From: a virus
Lineage: Duplodnaviria; Caudoviricetes
Strand: one strand, 5' to 3'
DNA: 25,102 nt
Virus record (IMG/VR): IMGVR_UViG_3300045412_000768
Span: 1 to 25,102 of that record
The first letter of the stretch is position 1. Each line of letters opens with the position of its first letter. The notes below the pieces were generated by a model. It made no database searches. It was given only the letters and a program-made list of their open reading frames with translations, and was not told the origin of the DNA. Both the position numbers and the translations under genes were made by a program. Shown here piece by piece: positions 1 through 6,996 of this stretch.

Positions 1-669
1 CTAACGCACCCGCCGCCCGGTCCACACCACCCGACCGACCAGGCGGATTGCGTTGAGGGGCAAATCGTCCCAGCTCCTGTAATGCGGATTGTCGCTGATC
101 ACCGACACGCGCCCCGGCCCCGGCGCGCGCGCGACGCGCTTCACCATCAGCACATCGTCCATCCGCAGCACATAGATGCCGTCGCGCAGCCGGCCCGCGG
201 CGTCGCCGCCGTCGACCAGGATATCGTCGCCGTCGCTGAGCGTCGGGGCCATCGAATCGCCCTCGACGCGGATGATGCTGAGCGCGCGCGGGTCGGCGCC
301 GAGGTCGCGGAGCCATTTGGGATCGAACGCGACCTGTCCCTCCACCGTTTCGCCGTCGACACTCGCCCCCGCGCCCGCCGAAGCACCGATCGCGAGCTTC
401 GGCACCAGCACCATGTCGCCGCCGCGCGATCGCGTTGGCACCGCGACACGCGGCGCAGGGCCGCCGAGCAGCGCTTCCGACACGCCCAGATAGGCGGCGA
501 TGCGTGCGCGATCCTCCTCCGCCAGCCGGCGCGGCGAGCCACGCTTGATATATTGCTGGATATAGGCGGGGTTGCGCCCGATGCGCTGCGAGAGCTGCGC
601 ATAATCGACGCCCTTTTCGGTCAGCAGGCGGTCGAGCGTGGCGCGCGGGTCGAGATCGAAATCAGTCAT
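1..669 (-). CDS. CI/LexA-like repressor: N-terminal HTH + S24 peptidase domain (probably host flank)
   Basis: HTH-like YAQLSQRIGRNPAYIQQYI; putative Ala-Gly autocleavage region (ASAGAG); S24 catalytic motifs GDSMAPTL and MVKRV; ends VGRVVW. Confidence 0.9.
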   Translation of the reverse strand: MTDFDLDPRATLDRLLTEKGVDYAQLSQRIGRNPAYIQQYIKRGSPRRLAEEDRARIAAYLGVSEALLGGPAPRVAVPTRSRGGDMVLVPKLAIGASAGAGASVDGETVEGQVAFDPKWLRDLGADPRALSIIRVEGDSMAPTLSDGDDILVDGGDAAGRLRDGIYVLRMDDVLMVKRVARAPGPGRVSVISDNPHYRSWDDLPLNAIRLVGRVVWTGRRVR

Positions 670-710
670 GGGTCACCGGAAACTGGTCCTTCCTATTTCG
701 CATATAGCGA

Positions 711-765
711 TAGGATTTTTCCTAGACAAGTAGGAAAATTGGCATCAGATAGGAAATATCCTATC
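711..765. promoter_or_regulatory. Two TAGGA-N4-TCCTA palindromic operators between divergent genes
   Basis: TAGGATTTTTCCTA 711-724; GATAGGAAATATCCTATC 748-765; extra half-sites at 691-695 and 731-735. Confidence 0.7.
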
Positions 766-806
766 GGATGAGTCGCCTTGGGAATGGGAAGAAAACAGGA
801 GGAACT

Positions 807-1049
807 ATGGAGCGAAACCTGCTGCACCGGATCGAGGCCTTTCTGGCCGAATCGCGGATGCCGCCGAGCGTTTTCGGTCGTGCCGCAGCGCACGATCCGC
901 GGCTGGTGAGCGACCTGCGCGGAGGACGCGCGCCCGGTCGCAGCCTGATCTGCCGCGTGGAACATTTCATGAACAAATGGCGTGCCGACTTTCACGCGGG
1001 CCGTGTGATGAAGCGGGGCGACCAACGATTCCGTGTGACGCGCCATTAA
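807..1049 (+). CDS. Small Cro-like HTH protein; last codons probably supplied by the prophage end
   Basis: AGGAGG RBS before ATG 807 (MERNLLHRIEAFL..PSVFGRAAAHDPRLVSDLRGGR); divergent from the S24 repressor. Confidence 0.7.
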   Translation: MERNLLHRIEAFLAESRMPPSVFGRAAAHDPRLVSDLRGGRAPGRSLICRVEHFMNKWRADFHAGRVMKRGDQRFRVTRH

Positions 1050-1086
1050 TTACCTTCGCGGGATATGCGGGGACATCGGGGCACAG

Positions 1087-1138
1087 CAGCGGGATGAGAG
1101 TGGCTGAAAAGTGGGATTTTCGCGACTTCGAAGTGGGA
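1087..1138 (+). repeat. AGYGGGA repeats at 22-bp spacing, candidate transposase end-binding sites
   Basis: CAGCGGGA 1087-1094, AAGTGGGA 1109-1116, AAGTGGGA 1131-1138. Confidence 0.45.
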
Positions 1139-1200
1139 CGGATAATTTTTGGCGCGCTCGCGCGTTTTGCTCCCGAAATCGGCCCTTCAACCGCCCTTAA

Positions 1201-1336
1201 AGCCGCAGAAATGCGTCCGCGCGTCAAAGTTATGCGGTTTTCGAACATTGACGCGAGGATTGGCTGATTTCTGCGGCTCTCGACCGCGCCAAATTTGTGG
1301 CGCGGTCGCCCGAACATTGACGCGAACATTGACGCG
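1201..1336. repeat. Nested inverted repeats and 12-bp AACATTGACGCG repeats near the phage end
   Basis: Perfect IR 1201-1212/1267-1278; AACATTGACGCG at 1244, 1313 and 1325, with an inverted 11/12 copy at 1220-1231; perfect 11-bp hairpin 1281-1291/1298-1308. Confidence 0.8.
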
Positions 1337-1339
1337 AGC

Positions 1340-2194
1340 TCAGCCGCCGCGGCCGCCCGAAATGATGAGCTCGGGGACGGCCTTCGCCTTGTCGTTTCCG
1401 CCGACCTGATAGGTGGTCCAAACCTCCTCAAAATCGAAGCCGGCGAAGATCTCGCGCACGTCCGGATGGTCGTTGAGACTGAGCAGGAAGCGCCCCCTGA
1501 TCGACGCCAGCAGCTGGGCCATTTCCTCGAACTCGGGACGCCCGAAAAGCGGCTTGCCGTCGTCACCGACGTAGTCCTTCTCCGACCCGTAGTAGGGCGG
1601 ATCGAGATAGAAGAGTGTGCCCGGACGGTCATAGCGGGCGATGAAGTCTGCCCAGGGCAGGCGTTCGATGACGACGGGGGCCAGGCGCTCATGCGCGGCC
1701 TCGAGCAGCGGTGCGAGCTTGGTGATGTCGAAGCGCGCGGCCGTCGTTGGCGAGACGCCGAAGGTTCGGCCGGACACCCTGCCGCCGAACGCATTCCGCT
1801 GGAGATAGAGGAAGCGCGCGGAGCGCTCCAGATCGGTCAGCGTGGTCGGATCGGTGCGGAGCAGCTGCTCGAAGCCGATGCGCGTCGTCAGCTGAAATCG
1901 AAGCATGTCCATGAACGCGACATAGTGCCGCTGCAGGATGCGAAAGAAGGTCGCGACATCGGCCGACCAGTCGTTGATCGCCTCCGCCTTCGGCCGATAG
2001 TCGCGGCGCAGAAAGATGCCGCCCATGCCGACGAACGGCTCGGCATAGGTGGTGTGCGGGATCGCGGCGATCCGCTGGACGATGACCTTCGCGAGGTTGC
2101 GCTTGCCACCGATATAGCCGGCGACGGGACGGGTGGGCGCGATGGGCAACAGCCCCGCGGCCGGAGTGAAAGACGGACTCGACACAGCTACCAA
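1340..2194 (-). CDS. D12-class (Dam-like) N6-adenine DNA methyltransferase; start is TTG 2194 or GTG 2185
   Basis: GYIGGKRNL, YAEPFVGMGG (SAM-binding), INDW, FYLDPPYY catalytic motif; terminal position like mom. Confidence 0.93.
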   Translation of the reverse strand: MVAVSSPSFTPAAGLLPIAPTRPVAGYIGGKRNLAKVIVQRIAAIPHTTYAEPFVGMGGIFLRRDYRPKAEAINDWSADVATFFRILQRHYVAFMDMLRFQLTTRIGFEQLLRTDPTTLTDLERSARFLYLQRNAFGGRVSGRTFGVSPTTAARFDITKLAPLLEAAHERLAPVVIERLPWADFIARYDRPGTLFYLDPPYYGSEKDYVGDDGKPLFGRPEFEEMAQLLASIRGRFLLSLNDHPDVREIFAGFDFEEVWTTYQVGGNDKAKAVPELIISGGRGG

Positions 2195-2195
2195 T

Positions 2196-2210
2196 GTTCC
2201 CTATTCGTTC
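2196..2210. promoter_or_regulatory. Alphaproteobacterial LexA (SOS) box GTTC-N7-GTTC
   Basis: GTTC CCTATTC GTTC, immediately upstream of the methylase start. Confidence 0.75.
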
Positions 2211-2482
2211 CCGCGTCCGGTCGGACAGGCGGGATGGTCCAGCTCCTCGATATCTAGAGCGGGACCGGTTGGGCCATGACGGCTGCTGTCCGTCGGATGA
2301 AGGGCGCGCCAACGCCCTTTCCCCCGCCTTCGACAGCGGGAATTGAGAATTAACGCCTGCGGTGCTATATGGGCCGGGCAACGGGCGCGACGCGGTGAAT
2401 TCTTCCCTCCGTAGCGCGAGGCCACTGGCCATCGACCGTTCAGCAGGGGACAGGAAGTCCCTGCCGCTCGTTGCCCCATCCC

Positions 2483-3718
2483 TCATGACCGGCGATTATC
2501 CAGCACGATGTCGAGATTGCGCGTCTCGGGCGTGATGTTGCGCGGGCGGCTCTTGTGGAAGCTGACGATGATCGGGAGCGCGTCGCCGCTGTCCTGGCGA
2601 ACAACGGCCTTCCAGATGCGCCCGGCCTCATCGGCGAAATAGACGAGCCGGCTGTCCCCCTGCTTCGCGATCACGATCGCGCGATCGATGATGTCGGGGA
2701 GCAGGCGATAGTCGCCGATCGTCAGTTCGGCGTGGCCCGCCGATATCTCCGGCGCCGCGCCGCTTTGCTTGCGATAGACGCCCGCGGGCATGACGACGAT
2801 GCGCGAGTTCGATCCGATCAGCGCCCGGTGCGCGTCATCGATGATGGCGACCGGAAACACGCCCTCGGGCATCGCGGCGAACTGTTCGAACGCGGGATCG
2901 TTGACCAGCTCGCGGAGCGTCTGGCGGGCGAGCTGGTCGAGGCCGGCGTCGAGCGCCGACGCCAGCGACGCGGTCGCGCGATCGGCGACGACGCGAAGAT
3001 GGGCGGTGCCGGGATTGTAGCCGAAGCCCGGCGCGATGCCTTCGGGCACTGAGACGATCTCGCCTGCGGCGGTGATGAAGTCGTGGCGCGGCGGATCGGG
3101 CGCCTCGCCGACCTTCCAGCCCATCCGCCGCATCCGGGCCTCGCTGACCTGTTCGACGCGGCAATTGCAGCCCCAGCCGTTCGGCGGGAAAAGCCACTGC
3201 CACGCGGGATGGTCGACCGGAAGGATCAGGCCGTGCCAGCTCTTGTGATTGAGGCGCGGGTGCTTGCGATAGTGGTCCGACAGGTAGCGGAGATAGGGGA
3301 ATAGCGCCTTTTCACGCTGATATTTGCGCCAGCGGCCCGCCGCGATGCTCATCCGCACGTTGGTGCGGTAGATAGTACGTAGACGGCGATCGTTGACTAC
3401 GACGGGTTCAGGCGTTCCGGTCAGCGCCTCGTTCTCCACGACGCCCCACCAGCCGTGCCTCTTCAGATCCGGCAGCAGATTGGCCTTCCACTGCTCGAAG
3501 GTGCCGCCGTTGCGGATGACGTCGTCGAGCGAGTTGCGGATCGAGACCAGGAGATCGAGCTTCGCGACCTTCGCCACGGTGAAGGCTGCGGCGTGCTCCT
3601 CCATCCATGTGTCGGTCCAATGCGTCGAGAAGAGATAGCCCGACCGCTCGGTCCAGGCGGCGACGATGTCGCCTGGGTCCATGTAAATCGTATCGGAGAG
3701 GATGGGGCGATCAGCCAC
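2483..3718 (-). CDS. Mu gpF-like head morphogenesis protein with C-terminal extension (PBECR2-like nuclease fold candidate)
   Basis: AFTVAKV, RLRTIYRTN, HKSWHGLILPVDHPAW, PPNGWGCNCRV, GFGYNPG; then ~170 extra aa with DYRLLPDII..WKAVV..IVSFHK. Confidence 0.9.
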   Translation of the reverse strand: MADRPILSDTIYMDPGDIVAAWTERSGYLFSTHWTDTWMEEHAAAFTVAKVAKLDLLVSIRNSLDDVIRNGGTFEQWKANLLPDLKRHGWWGVVENEALTGTPEPVVVNDRRLRTIYRTNVRMSIAAGRWRKYQREKALFPYLRYLSDHYRKHPRLNHKSWHGLILPVDHPAWQWLFPPNGWGCNCRVEQVSEARMRRMGWKVGEAPDPPRHDFITAAGEIVSVPEGIAPGFGYNPGTAHLRVVADRATASLASALDAGLDQLARQTLRELVNDPAFEQFAAMPEGVFPVAIIDDAHRALIGSNSRIVVMPAGVYRKQSGAAPEISAGHAELTIGDYRLLPDIIDRAIVIAKQGDSRLVYFADEAGRIWKAVVRQDSGDALPIIVSFHKSRPRNITPETRNLDIVLDNRRS

Positions 3719-3965
3719 AGGAGACCCCGGCGTTCACCCAATCCGCGCCGCGATCGGTCAGCTCCCAAAAATAGCTGTTAGGCACCGAATAGCGTTCCGA
3801 CCGACGAACCATTCCTGATTTTTCCAACGACTGCAGTCGGCGCGTGACGCGGCGAAGATGTCGATCGGGAATGCCGAGCCGATCAGCAACGTGATAAGCG
3901 CGACCGCCGTTTCGCAATGCCCGCGCGATGGAGTAGTCGGTCGGGAATTCCGTTGCTCCGGCCAT
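3711..3965 (-). CDS. Small winged-helix-like protein (84 aa)
   Basis: ATG coupled to the upstream TGA, with RBS; AYHVADRLG..VTRRLQSLEKSGMV..YFWELT. Confidence 0.6.
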   Translation of the reverse strand: MAGATEFPTDYSIARALRNGGRAYHVADRLGIPDRHLRRVTRRLQSLEKSGMVRRSERYSVPNSYFWELTDRGADWVNAGVSCG

Positions 3966-4078
3966 CACTGCCTCCGTTCGAACAGAAACCACACCGTGAA
4001 GTCGAGCGCCGCCTTCGCGACAAAACCGAGCAGGAAGGCGCGCACGAGGTCTGTTACGGAGAAGCATGTAGGGTCCAT
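3965..4078 (-). CDS. 37-aa hydrophobic peptide (not in ORF track)
   Basis: MDPTCFSVTDLVRAFLLGFVAKAALDFTVWFLFERRQ; TAATG and TGATG coupling at both ends, GGAGG RBS. Confidence 0.6.
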   Translation of the reverse strand: MDPTCFSVTDLVRAFLLGFVAKAALDFTVWFLFERRQ

Positions 4079-4350
4079 TACTGCCTCCGCTGGTTGGGCG
4101 CGTCGCCGCCCGCGATCATGTCGGCCATCGACTGCATCGCGCTGGCGTTCATGATGGCGACGGCTTCGAGCGCGAGTTCGGGCGTTGCAGCGCCGCGATG
4201 CAGGATCTTCGTGGCGGCGAAGCTGAGGGCCATCGCCGTCGTGATCTCGTCGAGGCCGAGGGACTTGGCTGCGGGAACGGTTTCGCGGACGAGAGCTTCG
4301 GCAAGTGCGCTCATGGCGACGGTCTCTTCTTGTGTCGGATGGCCCGTCAT
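4078..4350 (-). CDS. Hypothetical protein (90 aa)
   Basis: TGATG coupling and GGAG RBS; Ala-rich helical sequence. Confidence 0.65.
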   Translation of the reverse strand: MTGHPTQEETVAMSALAEALVRETVPAAKSLGLDEITTAMALSFAATKILHRGAATPELALEAVAIMNASAMQSMADMIAGGDAPNQRRQ

Positions 4351-4508
4351 CACTCCACTCCTTTGTTCCGCGATGAAAAAGGCTTGGCGGTCTGCATCAC
4401 ACGCAGAGTTTCATCGCGAGCCGGGTTCGGCTGGTTCATGATGTTGGACGGGCAGTCGCAACGTGGGCTGTGCTGTGACCGCCCGCATTGGGGGCATTTC
4501 GGGTCCAT
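4350..4508 (-). CDS. Small Cys-rich, possibly zinc-binding protein (52 aa)
   Basis: MDPKCPQCGRSQHSPRCDC; TGATG coupling at both ends. Confidence 0.55.
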   Translation of the reverse strand: MDPKCPQCGRSQHSPRCDCPSNIMNQPNPARDETLRVMQTAKPFSSRNKGVE

Positions 4509-4960
4509 CACTCCGCTCCCTCGGTAAGGGCGGCGCGTTGCTGTTCGACGCGGCGACGGTTCAACGTTGAGCGGATTGTGCAAAGCTTGGCGTGCAATCC
4601 TTGTCCGATACCCCAGTGGCTGCGCGAGTGTGATCGCTCGTTGATCTCGTCAATCAGCGCTATTGCTTCGTGAACTGCCATCCCGACGTCTCCGGAGAGG
4701 CCGTGCGATCCCTCCCCCGCATCGGCTTGCGATGGTCGTGAATGGGCGAGCATGGCTTCAAGCTCGGCGGGATCATCATAGGCATCTTGAGAGATCGCCC
4801 ACTGCCGTTCGATCTCGGCATCACTCAACGGGAACGGCGCCTTGTTGCCGTTGCTGATCATCGCTTCGGCGTAGCAAGCGCCAAAGCCCATCTCGAAAAA
4901 GAACTGCGCGGGGCTGCGTTCGTCCACCTGCGTCACAATCGTTTCATCGGTCATGGTCAT
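4508..4960 (-). CDS. Hypothetical protein (150 aa)
   Basis: ATGA overlap with the portal stop; GGAG RBS. Confidence 0.65.
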   Translation of the reverse strand: MTMTDETIVTQVDERSPAQFFFEMGFGACYAEAMISNGNKAPFPLSDAEIERQWAISQDAYDDPAELEAMLAHSRPSQADAGEGSHGLSGDVGMAVHEAIALIDEINERSHSRSHWGIGQGLHAKLCTIRSTLNRRRVEQQRAALTEGAE

Positions 4961-6996
4961 TCTCCATCGTCAGCATCGAGCGTGGCGGCGAGGCCTGCGG
5001 CCTCGAGGTCGGCGGCGATCGGGGCCTCGTCGCCGGGGGTGAGGCCGAGGGTGGCGAGCAGTTCCTCGGGCGAACGAGCGGCGCGAATAGCGCCGAGCAT
5101 CGGTTCGGTGAGCGCGCGGACGGCGCGGTAGCCGTCCTCGGCGATCAGATCGTCGACCAGCTTGTCGGTGGCGCTGTCGGGGGCTTCGGCCTGCGTCTCG
5201 GCGAAGCTCGCCTCGCGGATCCGCGTCTGCCAATCCTCCTCGAGCGGCTCGAACATCTCGGGGCCGAAGCGCAGCTCGCCGCGGAACGGCGTCACCTTCG
5301 ACAGGTCGACGTCGCCCTGCCAATAGGTGAAGGTGATGTGCGGCAGATAGTCGGGGTAATCCCAGCTGCAGCCGGCGTCGCGCATCTCGCGATTGCGCTG
5401 GTTGAGGTGGCCCGAGAAGAAGTGCAGCGCCACGGCGCCGTCGCTGCCGATGCGTTCGACCAGGCGCGGCCCGCCATAGGGTACGAGATGGTCGCTGGTG
5501 TCCGGTCCCCAGCCCCAGAAACCGCCCATCTTCATCCAGTTCACCGGGCGCCGCGAATACATCACGGTGGTGTGCAGATCCTTCGGGTCCATCAATCGGG
5601 TGAAGCCCTGCTCGCGCGCCCAGGCGAGCAGCTCGAGCGCGCTTTCCTCCTTCAGCGGCCGATGGACGTAAAGCGGGCGCGGATCGTCAGCCGCGAAGCT
5701 GATATTGCGGTCGTTGACGTTGGGATCGGCCTTTTCGGGCTGATCGTCCTCGCCGGCATCGGGATCGTCGACCTGGACGTCGTCGCCACCGGGGGCCGAG
5801 GTTTCCGATTTCGGCTTGCGGGCGTAGCCCTCGCCATAGGTGTCGTTGAAGCTCTCGTCGGTGCGCTGCCAGCCGAGCCGGTCGAGTACCTCGTCGGTTT
5901 GGGCGGTCTTTTGGACGTCCTCTTCCTCTTCGACCTGTCGCATGACGCGCGGCGCGGCGACGTCGGGGCCGAAATTCAGGTCGGTCCACCAACGCGCGAC
6001 CTCGGCGAAGCTGTCGGAAAGAAGGTCGGAGTCGGACTTGACCACCTCCATCTTCACATCGGCATGGACCTCGCCCTGGCTGCGGCTCGATCCGTTGTCG
6101 GTGGTCATCGTCTGCGACAGGACGATCTTCGCGATCGCGGCGTCCATGTAGCGGACCATCGTGCCGTAATCGGCGGTGCCCGATCGCGCGGCCTCGAGCA
6201 GATCGACCGCCATGCCCTCGGGGATCGTGATGCCGCTGTCGGTCGAGATCGCGCCGAGCGCCTCGAGCAGGCGCTCCTGGTCAGCCTTCGGAGTGCCGGG
6301 GCGATATTTGCCGATGGCGGTCGGCGAACCGAACTTGTCGAGAAAGATATTCCAGAAGCGGATGCCGTTGCGCTTGAACAGCGTCGGCCAGTAGAGCCAT
6401 TCGGCGAGGCCGCGGCCGTAGGGCTCGTCGTCGTTGGTACCGCCGACCTTGAACACCCAGAATTTGCGATCCGGCAAGATCTCGCCGAGGCCGCCGACCG
6501 ATGTCAGCAGGCGCAAGCGACCCTGGACGTCATAGCGGAACCGGCGGGCGTGGCGGACCTTGATCGCGCCGATGTCGATCAGGCCGTCGCGGACCTCCCA
6601 CATGATTTCTGCGACTGCAGGGCCGTAGAAGACCGCCCAGAGCATCTTGCCCGTGATGCGGTCCCAGCCGATGCGGTCGATCGTGTTGCTGAACGCCTCG
6701 GCCGCGGCGACAGATCGCGGGTCGGTTTCCTCGCCGGCCACGACGTCCCATGTCCGCGACACCACGGCGCCGCGGCGCTGCTGCATCGTCGAAAAGACCT
6801 GATCGTCCTGCAGGATGCGGTCGTAGATGCCCCAATCGACCGAGCCGGCGAGGCGCGGGTCTTTCGGTTCGCGCAGGCCAGTGATGAACGGCTGGGTGAT
6901 GTCGCGGCCGTCGGCCGTCGTGGCGATCTCGCCCGCCAGATCGGCGGGTAGCGTCGTCTTGGCAGCGCGGGTGCGCGTGCCCCTGGGACCAGTCAT
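4957..6996 (-). CDS. Mu gp29-like (DUF935) portal protein with inserted Acb1-like 2H phosphoesterase domain (aa ~435-598)
   Basis: Portal motifs PYGRGLAEWLYWP, FLDKFGSP, IAKIVLSQTMTT, GEVH; insert carries LHTTVMYS and YLPHITFTY; directly follows the terminase. Confidence 0.92.
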   Translation of the reverse strand: MTGPRGTRTRAAKTTLPADLAGEIATTADGRDITQPFITGLREPKDPRLAGSVDWGIYDRILQDDQVFSTMQQRRGAVVSRTWDVVAGEETDPRSVAAAEAFSNTIDRIGWDRITGKMLWAVFYGPAVAEIMWEVRDGLIDIGAIKVRHARRFRYDVQGRLRLLTSVGGLGEILPDRKFWVFKVGGTNDDEPYGRGLAEWLYWPTLFKRNGIRFWNIFLDKFGSPTAIGKYRPGTPKADQERLLEALGAISTDSGITIPEGMAVDLLEAARSGTADYGTMVRYMDAAIAKIVLSQTMTTDNGSSRSQGEVHADVKMEVVKSDSDLLSDSFAEVARWWTDLNFGPDVAAPRVMRQVEEEEDVQKTAQTDEVLDRLGWQRTDESFNDTYGEGYARKPKSETSAPGGDDVQVDDPDAGEDDQPEKADPNVNDRNISFAADDPRPLYVHRPLKEESALELLAWAREQGFTRLMDPKDLHTTVMYSRRPVNWMKMGGFWGWGPDTSDHLVPYGGPRLVERIGSDGAVALHFFSGHLNQRNREMRDAGCSWDYPDYLPHITFTYWQGDVDLSKVTPFRGELRFGPEMFEPLEEDWQTRIREASFAETQAEAPDSATDKLVDDLIAEDGYRAVRALTEPMLGAIRAARSPEELLATLGLTPGDEAPIAADLEAAGLAATLDADDGE

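Noticed and set aside
1001-1038. CCGTGTGA direct repeat (1001-1008, 1031-1038) as target duplication or att site
   Set aside because: A target duplication should flank the two ends of the element, not lie 30 bp apart; probably chance, though it adds uncertainty to the end position.
1312-1327. GAAC...GAAC as a LexA box
   Set aside because: The spacer is 8 nt, not 7; it arises from the 12-bp tandem repeat.
2215-2301. GTCCG-GT-CGGAC (2215-2226) and GTCCGTCGG (2288-2296) as extra late-activator sites
   Set aside because: Wrong spacer (2 rather than 4) or only one half-site, and no -10-like hexamer 25 bp from the 2288 copy.
2201-2479. Possible Com zinc-finger gene upstream of the methylase
   Set aside because: No CxxC...CxxC pattern or clear RBS in the candidate frames.
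5203-5694. Portal insert as an intein or homing endonuclease
   Set aside because: No Cys/Ser start with His-Asn end and no LAGLIDADG or HNH motif; it has 2H HxT motifs instead.
5338-6951. Long antisense ORFs (also 82-771, 1295-2257, 7137-8204, 9605-10675, 15561-17504, 19010-20311, 20389-21552, 23807-25009)
   Set aside because: Shadow frames of well-supported genes in high-GC DNA; no recognisable motifs.
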